From NCBI RefSeq assembly GCF_001194135.2, contig NC_068984.1, forward strand, positions 56,896,403 through 56,960,402: a stretch of DNA of 64,000 bases. Reading direction: 5' to 3'. Position numbers and translations under genes: made by a program. Below, one piece after another: positions 26,322 through 39,650 of this stretch; positions within the stretch are counted from its first letter, which is position 1; each line of letters starts with the position of its first letter. This DNA comes from Octopus bimaculoides (Eukaryota). Below the pieces are notes generated by a model. That model saw nothing but the letters and a program-made list of their open reading frames with translations, was not told where the DNA came from and ran no database searches.

Positions 26322-27086
26322 AAATAGCAGTAAAATACTCTTAACTCACATCTTACCATGGAATGCCTGTCATCATAGGTCTATTCAGTCAAAGACAACC
26401 TGGAACAAAATAACAATGACACCAGCACCACTAAGAGTTAGTTACATTGGTCATAAATCTAAATACAGTACTAGTGCCAGTGTATGAAATGCCTACTCCT
26501 TGGCTAATATTGTTTGGTACACTTCTACTCTTCCTTCAACCTTTGTACTGTAAGATGCAAAGTCTATTAATATATAAACGAAAATAACTGAAAATATTCC
26601 ATGTTCATAGCTTTCCCATCAATGTGCAATAGTGCACTTTTGTGACCTATTCAATTTTCAAATAATTAGCATGACCTTATTTCTTCACAATACTGAAGGA
26701 GCTTGTATATTTTTGGATAATCTAGAAATAACTGTAAAATTCTCTTAAGTTACACCTTACCAAGAAATGCCTTTCATCATAGGTCTGTTCAGTCAGAGAC
26801 AATTGGAAACAAAACAACAATGACACCAGCACCACTAAGAGTTAGTTATGTTGGTCATGAATATAAATACAATGCTAGTGCCAGTGTATGACATGCTAAT
26901 ATTGTTTGATACACTTCTACTCTGCCATCAGCCTTTGCACTGTAAGATGCAAAGTCTATTAAAATAAACTGAATTAACTGAAAATTTCCCATGTTCATAA
27001 CTTTCTCATCAATGTACAATACTGCACTCTTGTGACATATTCAATTTTTAAATGAATGACTAACATGACCCTATTTCTTTACAATA
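26322..27086 (+). repeat. Tandem duplication of a ~370-bp unit (about 26322-26692 and 26725-27086)
   Basis: Collinear blocks, e.g. CATCATAGGTCT.TTCAGTCA, ACAATGACACCAGCACCACTAAGAGTTAGTTA and CTGTAAGATGCAAAGTCTATTAA, in both units; roughly 80% identical by eye. Confidence 0.88.
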
Positions 27087-28269
27087 CATAATGTATTATA
27101 TGTAGCAACCTGGGCATTGCAGCAAGTAATTCTAACATTCTATTTGCTGATAAATAGTATTAGTGTACACTAGGTTGACCTTAGTTGCTTATAGGCCCTC
27201 TTAAAAAAGTATTGTCTAAATAACAAGCTGTTATTATTATCATTTACATACTAGATGACACCATAAGTTCTTTTTAAATTAAGTGTCCAGCTTTGGTTCA
27301 AGGGAGGATGGTTTCAGATATTTTACTAACGATCTTCAAAAGAAAAAAACATAAACAAAGCAACAACTTCTTATTCTCATGCTTAATGAGCTATCATTTT
27401 TATCATTTGTTGCAGGATTTTAGTACAGTAGTAGTTGTTATTGGTTGAAATATTTTATCTTTAATTCTGATGGGAAATGAAATCAATATTCAATACCAAG
27501 TTATCAAAGAGATGCTGAACTCAAAAGTTTCTCAACCAAAATAATTCTTTTAACCAAATTTACCATTACTTCTGCAGGGAGAAAAGGTAATGGGATTTTT
27601 TATCAGTTTAATTTCTTTATCTTTGTAATATGAAGATAAAAGGATGTATCTAATTTCATTGGACTTTTCATAATGATGTCCATTATAATCAAGGATTCTT
27701 TGGGGTTGATGAAATTTTTGTTTCTGCACTAATGATATTCAAAATGAATCTGCATTATTATTCAGTAAGTCCTAGCAGCTATTCTAAAGTTGAGAAAGCT
27801 TATATCAGTAACCTTTTAGTATGCTTTTGCATTACAAGTCCATTTTGAAAATACACTAGTTTTAAATTACCATTATAGCAGGAATTATATTAACTGTGAA
27901 AGAGAAATTAGATATTCTCTTAAACAAAGAAAAGAAGATGGAGAAAAATATTAGAATTTTGATCAGCTTTTAAAATAGTCAGGTTGTGACTTATTTATTA
28001 TTGATATTTCTTCTTGACTTAATAGTTTTCTTCCTTAGTTGAAACAATTTATCAAGTATGTAGTTGATTAAAGTATTTGGATATAGACAGAATTAGAAAC
28101 AGTCGTAAACAGAAGACATAATGACATTTTACGGAAAGTTTATAGTTTTAGGACACAGTCAATGGAAATAATAACATAGTTGGGGAATATTGCTGACACA
28201 GGGATAAGTGTTAATAATAGTGCATTACTAGATGCTCTAATTTGAGATGGTAACATTATCATAACAGAA

Positions 28270-28560
28270 TCAATCTGTGATGTTAGCTCAGAGATGGTGT
28301 TTAGTCAGAGGTAGAAACCTGATGTTGAGTGGTCAGTCTGGAATGTTTGCTCAGGATAAAGAGTTCAGTAGGTGATTTTAACTTGCAGATAAAAATGTTC
28401 TAGATGACATCAGTATGGACTTTATGAATTGGTACCCAGAGTCAAGAAGTGGCTACTACAACGATGGTAGAAAAAGCAAAGAGAGGAGACTACATGCCCA
28501 TAGGCCAGCGATTAGAGTGTTTTGGTGAGCAACACCATGGATTTAGTCAATTGACCTTTC
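28270..28560 (-). mobile_element. Degenerate CR1/L2-group LINE 3' fragment
   Basis: Frameshifted remnant SLCFFYHRCSS resembles SLSLFYRYYxG; weak. Confidence 0.3.
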
Positions 28561-29947
28561 CTAAGGTTAAAACAAAACAAAATGCTAAAGGTGGCAAAAC
28601 AAACTAATGCAATATTCCTTTCACAATTTTTCATTATATTTATTTTTTACTTTTCTTTCTGTGGCTGAATAAGTTTGAGGTTAAATAGCAACTTAGAGGT
28701 TCCCTTATTGGCTCAGTGTCTTAGGTAGTAGCAACATTGGAATTTACAAATGCTTCATACATTTGCAGTTGAATTCCTCCTATAGGTGCAACAGCTCAAA
28801 CAGAAATCAGATCCAACTTGTCCCATTTAGAAATGAATAGCACTGATCACCTATAGATGGGTACCTTAAGTGGATACTATCATGAAAATCAAAGACCTCA
28901 ATTTATGATATCTTTTCCTTAGTTGCTTGTCCCCCCCCCCTCTCTCTTTGTTGTTCACATAAATGACTTAGTTCTTTGCTTTTTATGATGAAAGGAACTC
29001 ATCTATAGATAATCAGTCCTATTTACTTTTGGATAAAGCTAGTTGGATCCAATTTATCTTCAGGCTGCTGCACCTACAGGAAAAATTGCATTGCAAATGT
29101 ACGAAGCACTTGTCAATTTTAGTGCTGTCACTGCCTACAATATTAGACAAATAAGGCAGTTCTATGTGGTCATTTGAGCTGTTGTAAATAGCAGTCACAT
29201 CTTCAATGCACACTCTATCACCTTAAAAAAAATGAAAAAATTATATAATTCAGGTACACTATACCTTTGATTTCAGGACAGCATGATTAGGGTTGACCTG
29301 GGGCTTAACAACAATGATAGCATTGCACTTTACTCAGTAGTTTCCTTATAGCTAGACTAACTGGGGCCATTTAGAGAGTTACATATCTTGAAAATAAACA
29401 CAGCACAGTATCTGTGACAGTATATAAATACTTTAAATATTGAAACAATAAACTCTTTCTTAGAAACATCCAATATGCTGGACTCTTAAAGGATAACCTA
29501 GGGATTTATAATTGTGGGGAACATTGTAAGATTTTCATTCATATAAATCCAATCCAATAACAAAACTAAATTCATAATTTTTATCTCTTTTTAATTTAAA
29601 CGGTCACTCATGGCAGTTTATATTCTCAATATACACTTTTATTATAATGGATTCTATATCTGGGCAATAACTATTTTTTTCTTCTTTCTTTACATTAGGA
29701 CATTAGCTTAGTGTCATCTAAGTAATTTATGCACAATCTTACAGAAACTTAAAGAGAGTTATGAAAGACTTTAGTTGTATTAAAGACCCTGCTCTGTCTT
29801 TTACTTGCTAATCCTAGCACTAAGGATTGTCTAACTGAATGATGTTACTATGTGCTTAATTTGAATTGTTGTTGATTGATGTTTGATAGGAAATTTTGAG
29901 TCTAGGAATTAAAACACTGAGCAGCATATTATTTAGTGTGTTAATAT

Positions 29948-30745
29948 TAACATTTTTAAGAACTGAGTTAGTTTGTTGGTAATGATTATATGGTAGGTAT
30001 TGCTAACATAAACAAGCAACGAATAAATTAGTTCTAAAAAGAAAGCTTATTTGTTAATAAGGGATAAATAGAAGTAAATGATAGATAAGATTATTCTGTT
30101 TCTCATAAGTAATGTTATGTCACTTGCAACCAGGCCTTTGAATTGATTTGTACCACATTTCTGGTAGTACTGTTTGTTAATTCTATCTACAGGTTCTGTA
30201 TTAGCATATAGATCTCATTGTTTTTATTTCTTTTTTGTTTAATGATTAATACCAGTATAGGGACAGAAAATTACAAGCAAGGGAGATCAAACTATTCTGA
30301 CTGTCCGGAACTCATTCTTCTATGTAGTTGCTTAATGCCCAACCCTGCAGTGGATGTGACTTAAAGTTAGAAAAAATCAAAAATTCCTTGCAATATTCAC
30401 TTTTTAAAATTAAATTTTGACAAGAAATCTCAAGAATGAGTATTAAAATTGTATCATATTTTATATATTAAATAACTCGTATCCTAATCCCATAAGGTAA
30501 ACTAGGAACATTTGATTTCAGTATGTTGACAATTGTATGTTATTTCATTTCTAAGTGTACAGAGCTGTTATATATTTAAGCCCAAGTACGTAATATTTTT
30601 AAAAGTTAACATTTTTAATGTTGATTATATGGTCGGAATTGCTAACAAAAACAAGCAAAGAATAAATTAGTTCTAAAAATAAAGCTTATTTGTAAATAAG
30701 AGATAAATAGAAGTAAATGATAGATATGATTATTCTGTTTCTCAT
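29948..30745 (+). repeat. Dispersed direct duplication of ~140 bp (about 29985-30108 and 30619-30745)
   Basis: GATTATATGGT.GG.ATTGCTAACA.AAACAAGCAA.GAATAAATTAGTTCTAAAAA.AAAGCTTATTTGT.AATAAG.GATAAATAGAAGTAAATGATAGATA.GATTATTCTGTTTCTCAT is present twice, each time preceded by TTAACATTTTTAA. Confidence 0.85.
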
Positions 30746-32083
30746 CATTAATATCTATCTAACTTAAATATTTTGTTTTGCTGAGCATTGATTTGCTTTA
30801 TACTAAAATAATGTCTCAAAAATTTGTAAAGCTTTAAATCTTCAAGGGATTGAGTTGCCATCTGTCTCCTTTCTTCTCAGGAAAAAACTCACTCAAATCT
30901 TCATCTAATGGACCTATTCCAGTTATGTTATTCTGTCTTTCATTCTATTGATTTCTTGAAAGAGACAATGTTTTAATGACCCCATTATGGCCTTCTTGGT
31001 GAGAGTTATCAACAAATTCTATTACTGATTGTTGTCTGTTGGCACCCTGTATAGCTGGAATGGAATGCAGATCTCAGGGACACACTGCTTTTCTATTTGT
31101 TATTGTCACAAATTTTCTTCACTCTCTCAAATCATTATTTGATTCTGTTTCTGTTATTTGTCCCGGGTGTCATGTAAATCTTAGGCTTGTATGAATGAGT
31201 CAGCAGGTTTTCTTTTGTTCCAAAATCCTTTGTGTTCAGACTATCATTAGAAATTTATACTTAAATATGCATATGCAAAGAAAAACACAGAGCACTAAAA
31301 ACAATAAAAATAATATAATATTCTTTTCTAGAGATGTTATTATATTCAACAATTACAAGAAGTAGAATCAAATAAAAAGATTTAATTTTTAATATCATGT
31401 TCTTGTATTTGTGTATTTCAATTTTCTTTTGCAAAAACATTTACTGAACATCATTTTCTATTATGTAAATGATATGAATCAGATTGTGTTAATGAAAAAT
31501 AATTATGTTCTACAAGTGAATAAAGTTATTTACAATGCTACTGTAAATTAATAAATAAATAAAAAAACAAAAAAAACAAATCAAGAATAGAGCATAATAC
31601 AAATATTGTTCAATAATAAAGATAAAATACTAAATAAATATATGGTAATTGTATTTTCTATTTGTTTACTGGTTCATCATTATTACTATTACTAAGGCCA
31701 AATGTGTTAAGCTGTCATGTGGCTAGTTGAAGGGAGCAGCAAAGAGTGAGAAAGAAAGAGGAAGAGAAATGTTAATTATGTGAAATAGGGGGAAAATAAA
31801 AGTTATAATGTGGTTAAAAAGTTACCTGAAGGGAGAGATATAGAGAAAGGGAGTCCGAAATTCAATGTCTTTCATAGATGGAAAGATAGATTTTTCAATG
31901 TAAGTAAAATAACTTAGAAAAATAGCTATGGATGATATTTTTTTTTATTTGCTATTTGAACTTTGTATTGCAGCCTAGACAGATACATCAACAGCAAGAA
32001 AAGTAGATAGAAACAAACAACTGAACTGAACTGAGATGAAATTAAAATAAACGTGGATGGCAAACAACTTAGATTCAGTTTTC

Positions 32084-32365
32084 ATCATCATCATCATCAT
32101 CGTCGTCGTTTAACGTCTGCTTTCCATGCTAGCATGGGTTGGACAATTTGACTGAGGACTGGTGAACTGGATGGCTGCACCAGGCTCCAATCTGATCTGG
32201 CAGAGTTTCTACAGCTGGATGCCCTTTCTAATGCCAACTACTCTGAGAGTGTAGTGGGTGCTTTTACGTGCTACGGGCACGAGGGCCAGTCAAACAGTAC
32301 TGGCAATGGCCATGCTCAAAATGGTGTTTTTTACGTGCCACCTGCACAGGAGCCGGTCCAGCAGC
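32084..32365 (-). mobile_element. RTE LINE 3' UTR fragment
   Basis: (CAT)n(CGT)nTTAACGTCTGCTTTCCATGCTAGCATGGGTTGGAC..., collinear with 3668-4000. Confidence 0.85.
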
Positions 32366-32559
32366 ACAAATTGCAAAAGAAATTTTTTTATTAAATTCCA
32401 ATTTCTCTTAAAAACACTCAATTTCTCTCCCCCTTGCTGAAAATTATTATGATAGTTGCAGTGGTGGAAGTGGCAGTGAAAAGTTTTTTTTATTGAACTA
32501 AATTTTTTATAGCACCTATCACTGAACGCATGCACATAAGTGCAATTATTTATTGTCTG

Positions 32560-33060
32560 CTTGTTTGAAAATTGCTATTTCTTTATAAAATATGGATGAC
32601 AGACAATATAAGCTAGCAAGAGAAAGAATGAGACAGTATAAGCAACAACGTAAAGAGAAGCAGAGGGTCGAATCACTAGAACAAGTATGGGAGCACTGTG
32701 TTGAGGGGAAACTTAGAATCGAAGAGAATACAGTTGGGTATTTTACAACAGATAAGAGAACATGTTGAATAAAGAATAGAAAATGAGAATGAGAGAGAAC
32801 ATTGGAAAAATGTGTTAACATATAGTTGAAAGTTATCACATTGGTGATGTGAATATTCTCTGTAATTATTGTGAAGCCCTTAGATTTATAAATGAACTTC
32901 TGAACTCCTGAGAGAATAGGAAAGTCAATTACAGTCATATCTAGAATTGAAAACTTTTCTAAATGAAAATAATGCAGGATATACAATTTCAAAAAAGACA
33001 TTAATTTTTCTGGTTCTATATAAACTTCTGACCATCTAAAAATTCTTGTATTTACTGTGG
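32560..33060 (+). mobile_element. Degenerate Helitron Rep/Hel N-terminal remnant
   Basis: The plus strand gives a charged helical segment (RQYKLARERMRQYKQQRKEKQRVES) followed by VESYHIGDVNILCNYCEALRFINE, matching the Helitron N-terminal motif (H/Y)xGxMxxxCxxCxAxxFxxE. Interrupted by stops. Confidence 0.55.
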
Positions 33061-33890
33061 AGTTTCCACAGATACTGCTATTTATCATTATTATTGCTTT
33101 TGATAAAGCTTTAAATTTTTAGAATCTTAGTTGATATTTTATACCATCTAATTATAATCAATTAATTGGCTGAGGCTTTAGCTGTATTTAAAAAATTCAG
33201 TTTAGTTATCCACTTGAATATGGTATATCATCTATTATTATCTGTTTAGTTTTTTGAGGGAATTTTTTTTTTGTTTCATTTTAGTAACTTATTTAGCAGT
33301 TGGCAGTCATTATTATTTTTACTACATGTTTATCTTCTACACCAATGTTTTTGTTCTTTTTTTGTGCCATATTATTTTATTTTATTCCAACTCTAAACTT
33401 ATCTTCATATGCTCAAAATCAACACAATATAGATATACACATGTTTTTACAATGTATGAGTTTTGTTTGTGAGAACGTGTATTATTTGGAGGTTTACATG
33501 TATTATCATTATCATCATTCAACTAATGTCTGCTTTTTCCTTGCACTATAAGTTAAACATGACTTATTGAAGCAGTTAGTTTTTTCTTTCATTTCTTATG
33601 ACCAGACACCCTTACTGTCGCCAATGCTTACTTGTTCATTTAAGGTATTTTTCACACGTCAAAACCAACAAGCTACAAGATGTATTGTTTACTGGTGATG
33701 TAAACAAGTATCAGTGCTTTTTATTCTCAAACAGTGACTGTGTTCAGACATGTAGAAACAAACACTCACATGCACATGCATACACACCTCTAATATGGAA
33801 AAAGACTAGAACATGTAACAGTGCCTGCAGAATTTAAATGCTGTGTCCACTGTAAACCATATTATAACTTTTATCACCACTATACCAAAG

Positions 33891-33929
<39 letters not shown>

Positions 33930-33954
33930 TATGTGCACACTCACACATGCACAC

Positions 33955-34330
33955 AGGTACAGCTGTGTGGTTAAGAAGCTTACTTTGCCAACCATGTTCA
34001 ATCCCTCTGCTTGGCACCTTGGGTAAGTGTTTTCTGATATAGTCACAAGCCGGCCAAAGCCATGTGAGTAGATTTGGTAGATGGAAACTGAAAGAAATCT
34101 GTTACATATAGCTTGACATCACATAATGGTTGTAAACAAGCATCATTATCATACAAGCAATGTTGTTCATCTTCTGTCTCCTGTGAAAAAACATGTCTAG
34201 CAATGGGGAAATATTACCTTGCATGGAAACAAGTGAGAGTTTGCAGCAAAAGGGCAACTAGCTGTATAAAATCTGTTTCAACAAATTCCATGTGACCTAT
34301 GAAAGCAAGGAAGGGTGGATGTTAGAACAA
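33955..34330 (+). mobile_element. Composite SINE: family B head plus RTE-like tail (family E)
   Basis: The B head (GCTGTGTGGTTAAGAAG..GCACCTTGGGTAAGTG..GGAAACTGAAAGAA) is followed by a different body ending ...GGAAGGGTGGATGTTAGAACAATG. Confidence 0.7.
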
Positions 34331-34695
34331 TGGCTGTGTGATAAGAAGTTTGCTTCCCAACCACATGGTTCCAGGTTCAGTCCCACTGCATGGCACCTTG
34401 GGGCAAGTGTCTTCTACTTATAGCCTCAGGCCAACCAAAGCCTTGTGAGGGGATTTGGTAGATGGAAACTGAAAAATGCCTGTCATCTATGTGTTTGTGT
34501 TTGTCCCCCACCACTGCTTGATAACTGGTGGTGGTGTGTCTACATCCCCATAGCTTGGTGGCTAAAAAGACCAATAGAATAAGTAGTAGACTTTAAAAAA
34601 AGACAAAAAAGTACTGGGATTGATTAGTTCAACTAAAATTCCTTAAGGCAGTGCACCAACATGGCCATAATATAATGACTGAGACAAGTAAAAGA
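34331..34695 (+). mobile_element. SINE family B copy directly abutting the previous SINE
   Basis: GGCTGTGTGATAAGAAG...GGTTCAGTCCCACTGCATGGCACCTTGG...ATGACTGAGACAAGTAAAAG. Confidence 0.8.
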
Positions 34696-37600
34696 TGATA
34701 TATGTATATTAACAAGATGATATATGCATATAAACACTTTCCATTAGTCCTACACAGTGGTATTGAACCCAGAACCATTTTGTTGCAGAGTGATCTTTGC
34801 AGTCACATAGCTATGTGTGTAACTATTTTATTTATGGATTTTATATATGTATTTGTGAGTTAAGAAATATGGTTCTATGTAACCCATATAATCAGAAGAC
34901 AGACAAGTAGTGCAGTAGTTACTTTTATAAACCAAAAGGAAACAGGAAATCAATTCTTAAAGTTTACTACATGCGCCGATTCTGGCTAATAGTGTGACTC
35001 TGTGCAAGAACTAAAAGAGCATATACCATTGCTCAGGGTGTATCACAGGATGTAGAAGGTTAGAAGTGTTACATGGACAGCCTAATTAATATTTGGGTGG
35101 TGGGTGGAATAGCTAATGATAGCATAGTGACTTGGGTATAAAGTAAGTGGAGGAATTGTAACTTCTTTAGTTCATCATTGATTTTGTTGTTTAGTCTCAG
35201 ATCAACTTGAATCAAGAAGATTTATGATTAAAGGTATTACACTTATGGCTAATGCACCTTTATTTTTGTGTATATGGTATTATCAAGAACTACATTGTAC
35301 TTCTACTGAGACAGTAGAGTCTGATTTAAAGGAGAGTTAGCAACTATTTGAGGAGATTTACTTTCATCAAGCCTCAAAACAACATCCCTGCTAATTAAAA
35401 TAGAATGTTAATAGTTTTAATAATAGTACTAAAAATTGTGTGCATGCACAGCACACCATAGCATGCGCACGCACGCACACACACACACACACACAAAGTG
35501 TAATCCAAGCTTCATCAGCTAAGTGAATATAATAAGGGCAGGGTGCAGAAATATTAGAAAATCCAAAAGCAGACGAAAAAATACACATAGAGATAATTAG
35601 ATTCCAGTTTGTTCAACAAAGAGTATTCAAGGGATAATCTATAAAAATATAGAAGTTAACATACACATTCGCATATACAGATAGCATTCATTAAAAATTA
35701 AGATTCAATAATGAAGGTTCCATTCTATCATTATTAACTGTATCAATAAAAGTTATTGTGACATCAAGTACAACTAAAAAAAATGAGGAGGCAGATAGAG
35801 AGAAATGAGAGATCTAATGAAGAGAAAAAAGGCAATAAGTCTGTCAATTTTACAAAATTTCTCACTCCACCCTTCCATCCTATTTATCTCTCTTTTCATC
35901 TGATATGATGTCATCTGATATCATCTGATATTGTGGTGCTAAATCCATATTTTAACTATATATATTTTAGAGACAAATTGTTTTCTCTACTTTGTATATT
36001 ACAAATATAATTGGAAAAAACAAACAAAACAACAAAAAAAACATACTTCTGAGAAATTATATTCTATATTAGGCATAAACAGCTTGTCTGTGGAAGGTAC
36101 TGGCTATATATTTAGTGCATTTTAGCCACTAGCCAGTGAAAGCTAGCAGCAGAGAGCAGATCAGAACAGTGTCTGTCACATCAAGACAATGGTTGACCTC
36201 AATGACAAACGCAGCAACACAGTCTAACCAGCTAACTCCAAGAAATACACAATGGCAACTACTGTTATATCTGATCTAACAACATCTCATTAAAACTCCA
36301 AACTAGCTTACTTGGTGTCAATATCCTTCCTTTGTCATTTCTAATAACAACATTTAGTAGTTAGCAATAAGATATCTTTGCATCTAAAATATCAAAAGAA
36401 TTGTGTTTATTTGATCCTTATCAACTTGATATCAAATTGTAACACTGTTCACTCAAAAATATTGCTAAAAGTGTTACACAGAGTATATGTAGAATACAAA
36501 ACATAAGAGATTCTTTATAAAGTATGACCTTGTAAACAATTTCTCATGTTTTGTTTTGTTTCTATATTTAAGATAAGATTTTATTGTTTAATTCCAGTCA
36601 GCTCTGATCAAGCAGACCTGTGATCAAAGTTCAAGCCATGGCCATCACATCTTTTATTTTACAAAATAGTGTTTCCAAAACAATGATATCTTGAATATAC
36701 AAGCCCCCTTCCCTTTTTAAAACAGGGAAGAGTGACTGGAAGGAAATTTAGCTGTTATATCTAGCATTCCTTAACCTACTGCATCCATTTGCTGCACTGG
36801 CAAGCTTGAACAGTTATGATTCTTTCTGTGGGATATTTGGAATGCCAACTGTTTGACAAAATACAAATGTAGTTTTATATATTGGTATCATCCCAGATTC
36901 AACAAGTTTTCCATGATATCACTGTCAGAAAATGTTTGTAATTCACTATCATTCTACATATATTGTTTCAGGTTAATGGAGGAGTCTCTAAACCAGGTGT
37001 TAGTAACAGATGGGCCATAGCCCCCATATGTACCATAGAGGTGTTCTCTGTGGGTCTCAGAACTTTTCTAAAAACTTATCAAATTTAATGTATTTGTGGG
37101 CCATTGAGTAGTTGATGGCTTTTAGGTGGTCTTTGGTATCATGATGGTCTTTGGTATCATTGCTTGCAATGGAAATAGTGAGGAGGGTTATGTAGGGATA
37201 TTTTTATATGCAAGATATGATATAAATTTATAAAGATTTTAAATGCACCATTTAAAAAAAAAAAACACTTATCCCTAGTCTAGATAGTTACTAAATCTGC
37301 TAGATATAGCTGTCAATTCACCATTTAATTACATCCTAGCAATTATAAAAATTGAAGTATATATTAGATAATTAGATAATGTGGCCCTTGATGCACTACT
37401 TCTGAAAATAAGATGGAATTGTTATAGTTGAAACACTTTCAAATATAAGTCAGCTCAAATAGATCTAACCCATAGCTAACCAACAACAAAAACAACAACA
37501 AAACATATCTTAGTTCAGTTTCTTATTTATGATGCTCACTCTTAAATTTCTTAGCAGGTCAGGCATTCAACATTCTAAACCTTCCCGCATCTCAACAACT

Positions 37601-37941
37601 ATCAAATGTTTTCAGCCTCATCATCATAGGCAGTCCATCAATAGTCAATGATAAATTCCATATGAAATGCAGTGAATCATATCAAGAGTTTCAAAAGGGA
37701 AATGGTATCCTCTAATTTGTGGTCCTGTGGTCCAGATACAGGTGTTAATGATTAAATCTGATATCACATTTAACATCCTCATTCAACAGCACCTCAGTCA
37801 GTGTTTACAGTTAATTCACATTCCATGTCTACATTTACTTCTCTCTCTCTCTCTCCCTCCCCCTCTTCCTCTCCCCCGCCCCTCTCTCTCTCACACACAC
37901 ACATATGCAGGCAGCCTTTTTATCAAATTATTGCATTTTGT

Positions 37942-38724
37942 CTGTCTTTACATTCTAAGTTCAATTTCCACTGTGGCCAACTTTGCCTTTTGATCCTTTT
38001 CAGGGTTGATAAAATAAGTACCAGTTGAGCACTAGGGTTGATATAATCGACTTACCCCTTCCCCCAAAATTGCTGGCTTTGTGCCAAAAATTGAAACTGT
38101 TATTGTTGTTGTGATGGCGGATCGTCAGAAGTGTTAGAGCATTAGACAAAATGTCATGCTGTATTTTACATTTTGAGTTCATACCCCCAATAGGTTTACT
38201 TAGCCTTCTCTTCTTCTAAGGATGAAAAAATACCAGTTAAGTGTTGGTGTTGATTTAATTGACTAACCTTTGTAAGAAGCAATGATTTAAGGGCAGTAAA
38301 TTGGTAGATTCATCAGAACATAACAAAAAATAACTTGCAATATTGTTCTGGTTTTTAACATTTTGAGTTTAAATCCCACTGAGGTCATCCTTACCATTCA
38401 TCTCTCTGGGATCAATAAAATAAAGTACCAGTGAAGTACTGGAGTCAATATTTTTAACTAACCTCTCCAACTAAATTTCTGACCATGTGTCAGTATTACT
38501 ATTTTCATTACTATGGCAACGAGTTGGCAGAATTGTTAGCACATCAGGCAAAATGTTTTGCACGTTTCTTTCATCTTTATATTCTGAGTTCAAATGCTGC
38601 TATTGTCAACTTTGCCTTTCATCCTTTTGGGGTCAGTAAATTAAGTACCAGAGAAACACTAGGATCAATGCAGTTGACTAGTCCCTTCCCCCAAAATTTC
38701 AGCCTTGTGTCTTTAGTAGAAAGG
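37942..38724 (+). mobile_element. Array of about four head-to-tail degenerate family A SINEs
   Basis: Family A core repeated at about 37990, 38200, 38400 and 38610. Confidence 0.7.
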
Positions 38725-38734
38725 CTTTTCCTCC

Positions 38735-39650
38735 TCCTCCGTACACTTGGTCTTTTTTGGTCTGATTGATTTTGTGAGAACAGACAGCAGCCTGTTGTCA
38801 GAGGTCTTACAGGGTCTCTTTCTGCACATCATAAGCTTTGATAATCGGTTGCTAATTATCGTGGGGGACATTCAACACCCAAGTACCAATCTCAAAATCC
38901 TAGCTGCCCCCAGTAGAGCAGTTTTTTGCACTTGCTCTACTCTCATGTGAATTTTGATTTTTCTGACATATTTCTTGCACTTGGTTGTTAGTGCTCTGAG
39001 TGCCCCTACAACAAATGGGATGACAGGCACTCTCCTCATAGTTCACATTCTTGCAATTTCGTCTTTTAGTAGTCTGTACTTTTGCCATCTTTTCTAGTTC
39101 TTTGTCACTTATGTGTGCATTCCCAGGTATCACAATATCTATAGTCTTGGTTTCCTTTTTTCCTTCATCTACCACAACAATGTCTGGTCTCTGAGCATCA
39201 ATTAGGGAGTCTTATTGGATTGTAAAATCCCACAGTATCTTATATTCGTTGTTCTCGATGACACCTTCTGGTTCATGTTTGTACCATTTCCAAGCTCTGT
39301 CCAGGCCATACTTTTCACATAGTCTCCAGTGAACAAACTTAGCCACATTATTGTGCCTCCTTTTGTAATGCTTTTGGGTCAGCCTGCTACATTAACTCAC
39401 AGTATATGAAATTGTTTCATTTTTCCAACCACACATCCTACAAAGGGATGATTCACTGCTCTTATCTATTTCAAACTTGATATAATTAGTTCTCAGAGCT
39501 TGTTCCTGGGCACTGCATATCAGATCACTTTTTCTTAGCCATTGCCAAGTGTTGGTCTTGTCTTTTCCTTTGATTTCTCTGAGGTATTGCCCATGCAGTG
39601 ACTTCATTTTCTTCATCTTGTTTCTTAAGTGGGTGCATTACATTTTCAGT
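38735..39650 (-). mobile_element. R4/Dong-clade non-LTR retrotransposon 3' fragment (CCHC finger and restriction-like endonuclease)
   Basis: Minus translation SLHGQYLREI..TWQWLRKSDL..AQEQALRTNY..CRMCGWKNETISY..(HNNVAKFVHW)..KILWDFTIQ..RPDIVVVDEGKKETKTIDIVIPG..QKTALLGAARILR is the standard R4/Dong C-terminus. It contains frameshifts. Confidence 0.9.

Noticed and set aside
26340-26410. Minus exon-like segment with CCAG acceptor and GTAAGA donor in the tandem duplication
   Set aside because: Stops in all frames; derived from repeat family C.
30850-31100. Minus HQEGHNGVIKTL, and ALVKSCETC near 41780, as integrase HHCC remnants
   Set aside because: Motifs are too short, stop-ridden and far apart to support an LTR internal region.
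32546-33088. Longest ORF in the track (180 aa, minus) as a gene
   Set aside because: Low-complexity F/L/S/I composition, no splice or start support; better explained as the antisense of a decayed Helitron region.
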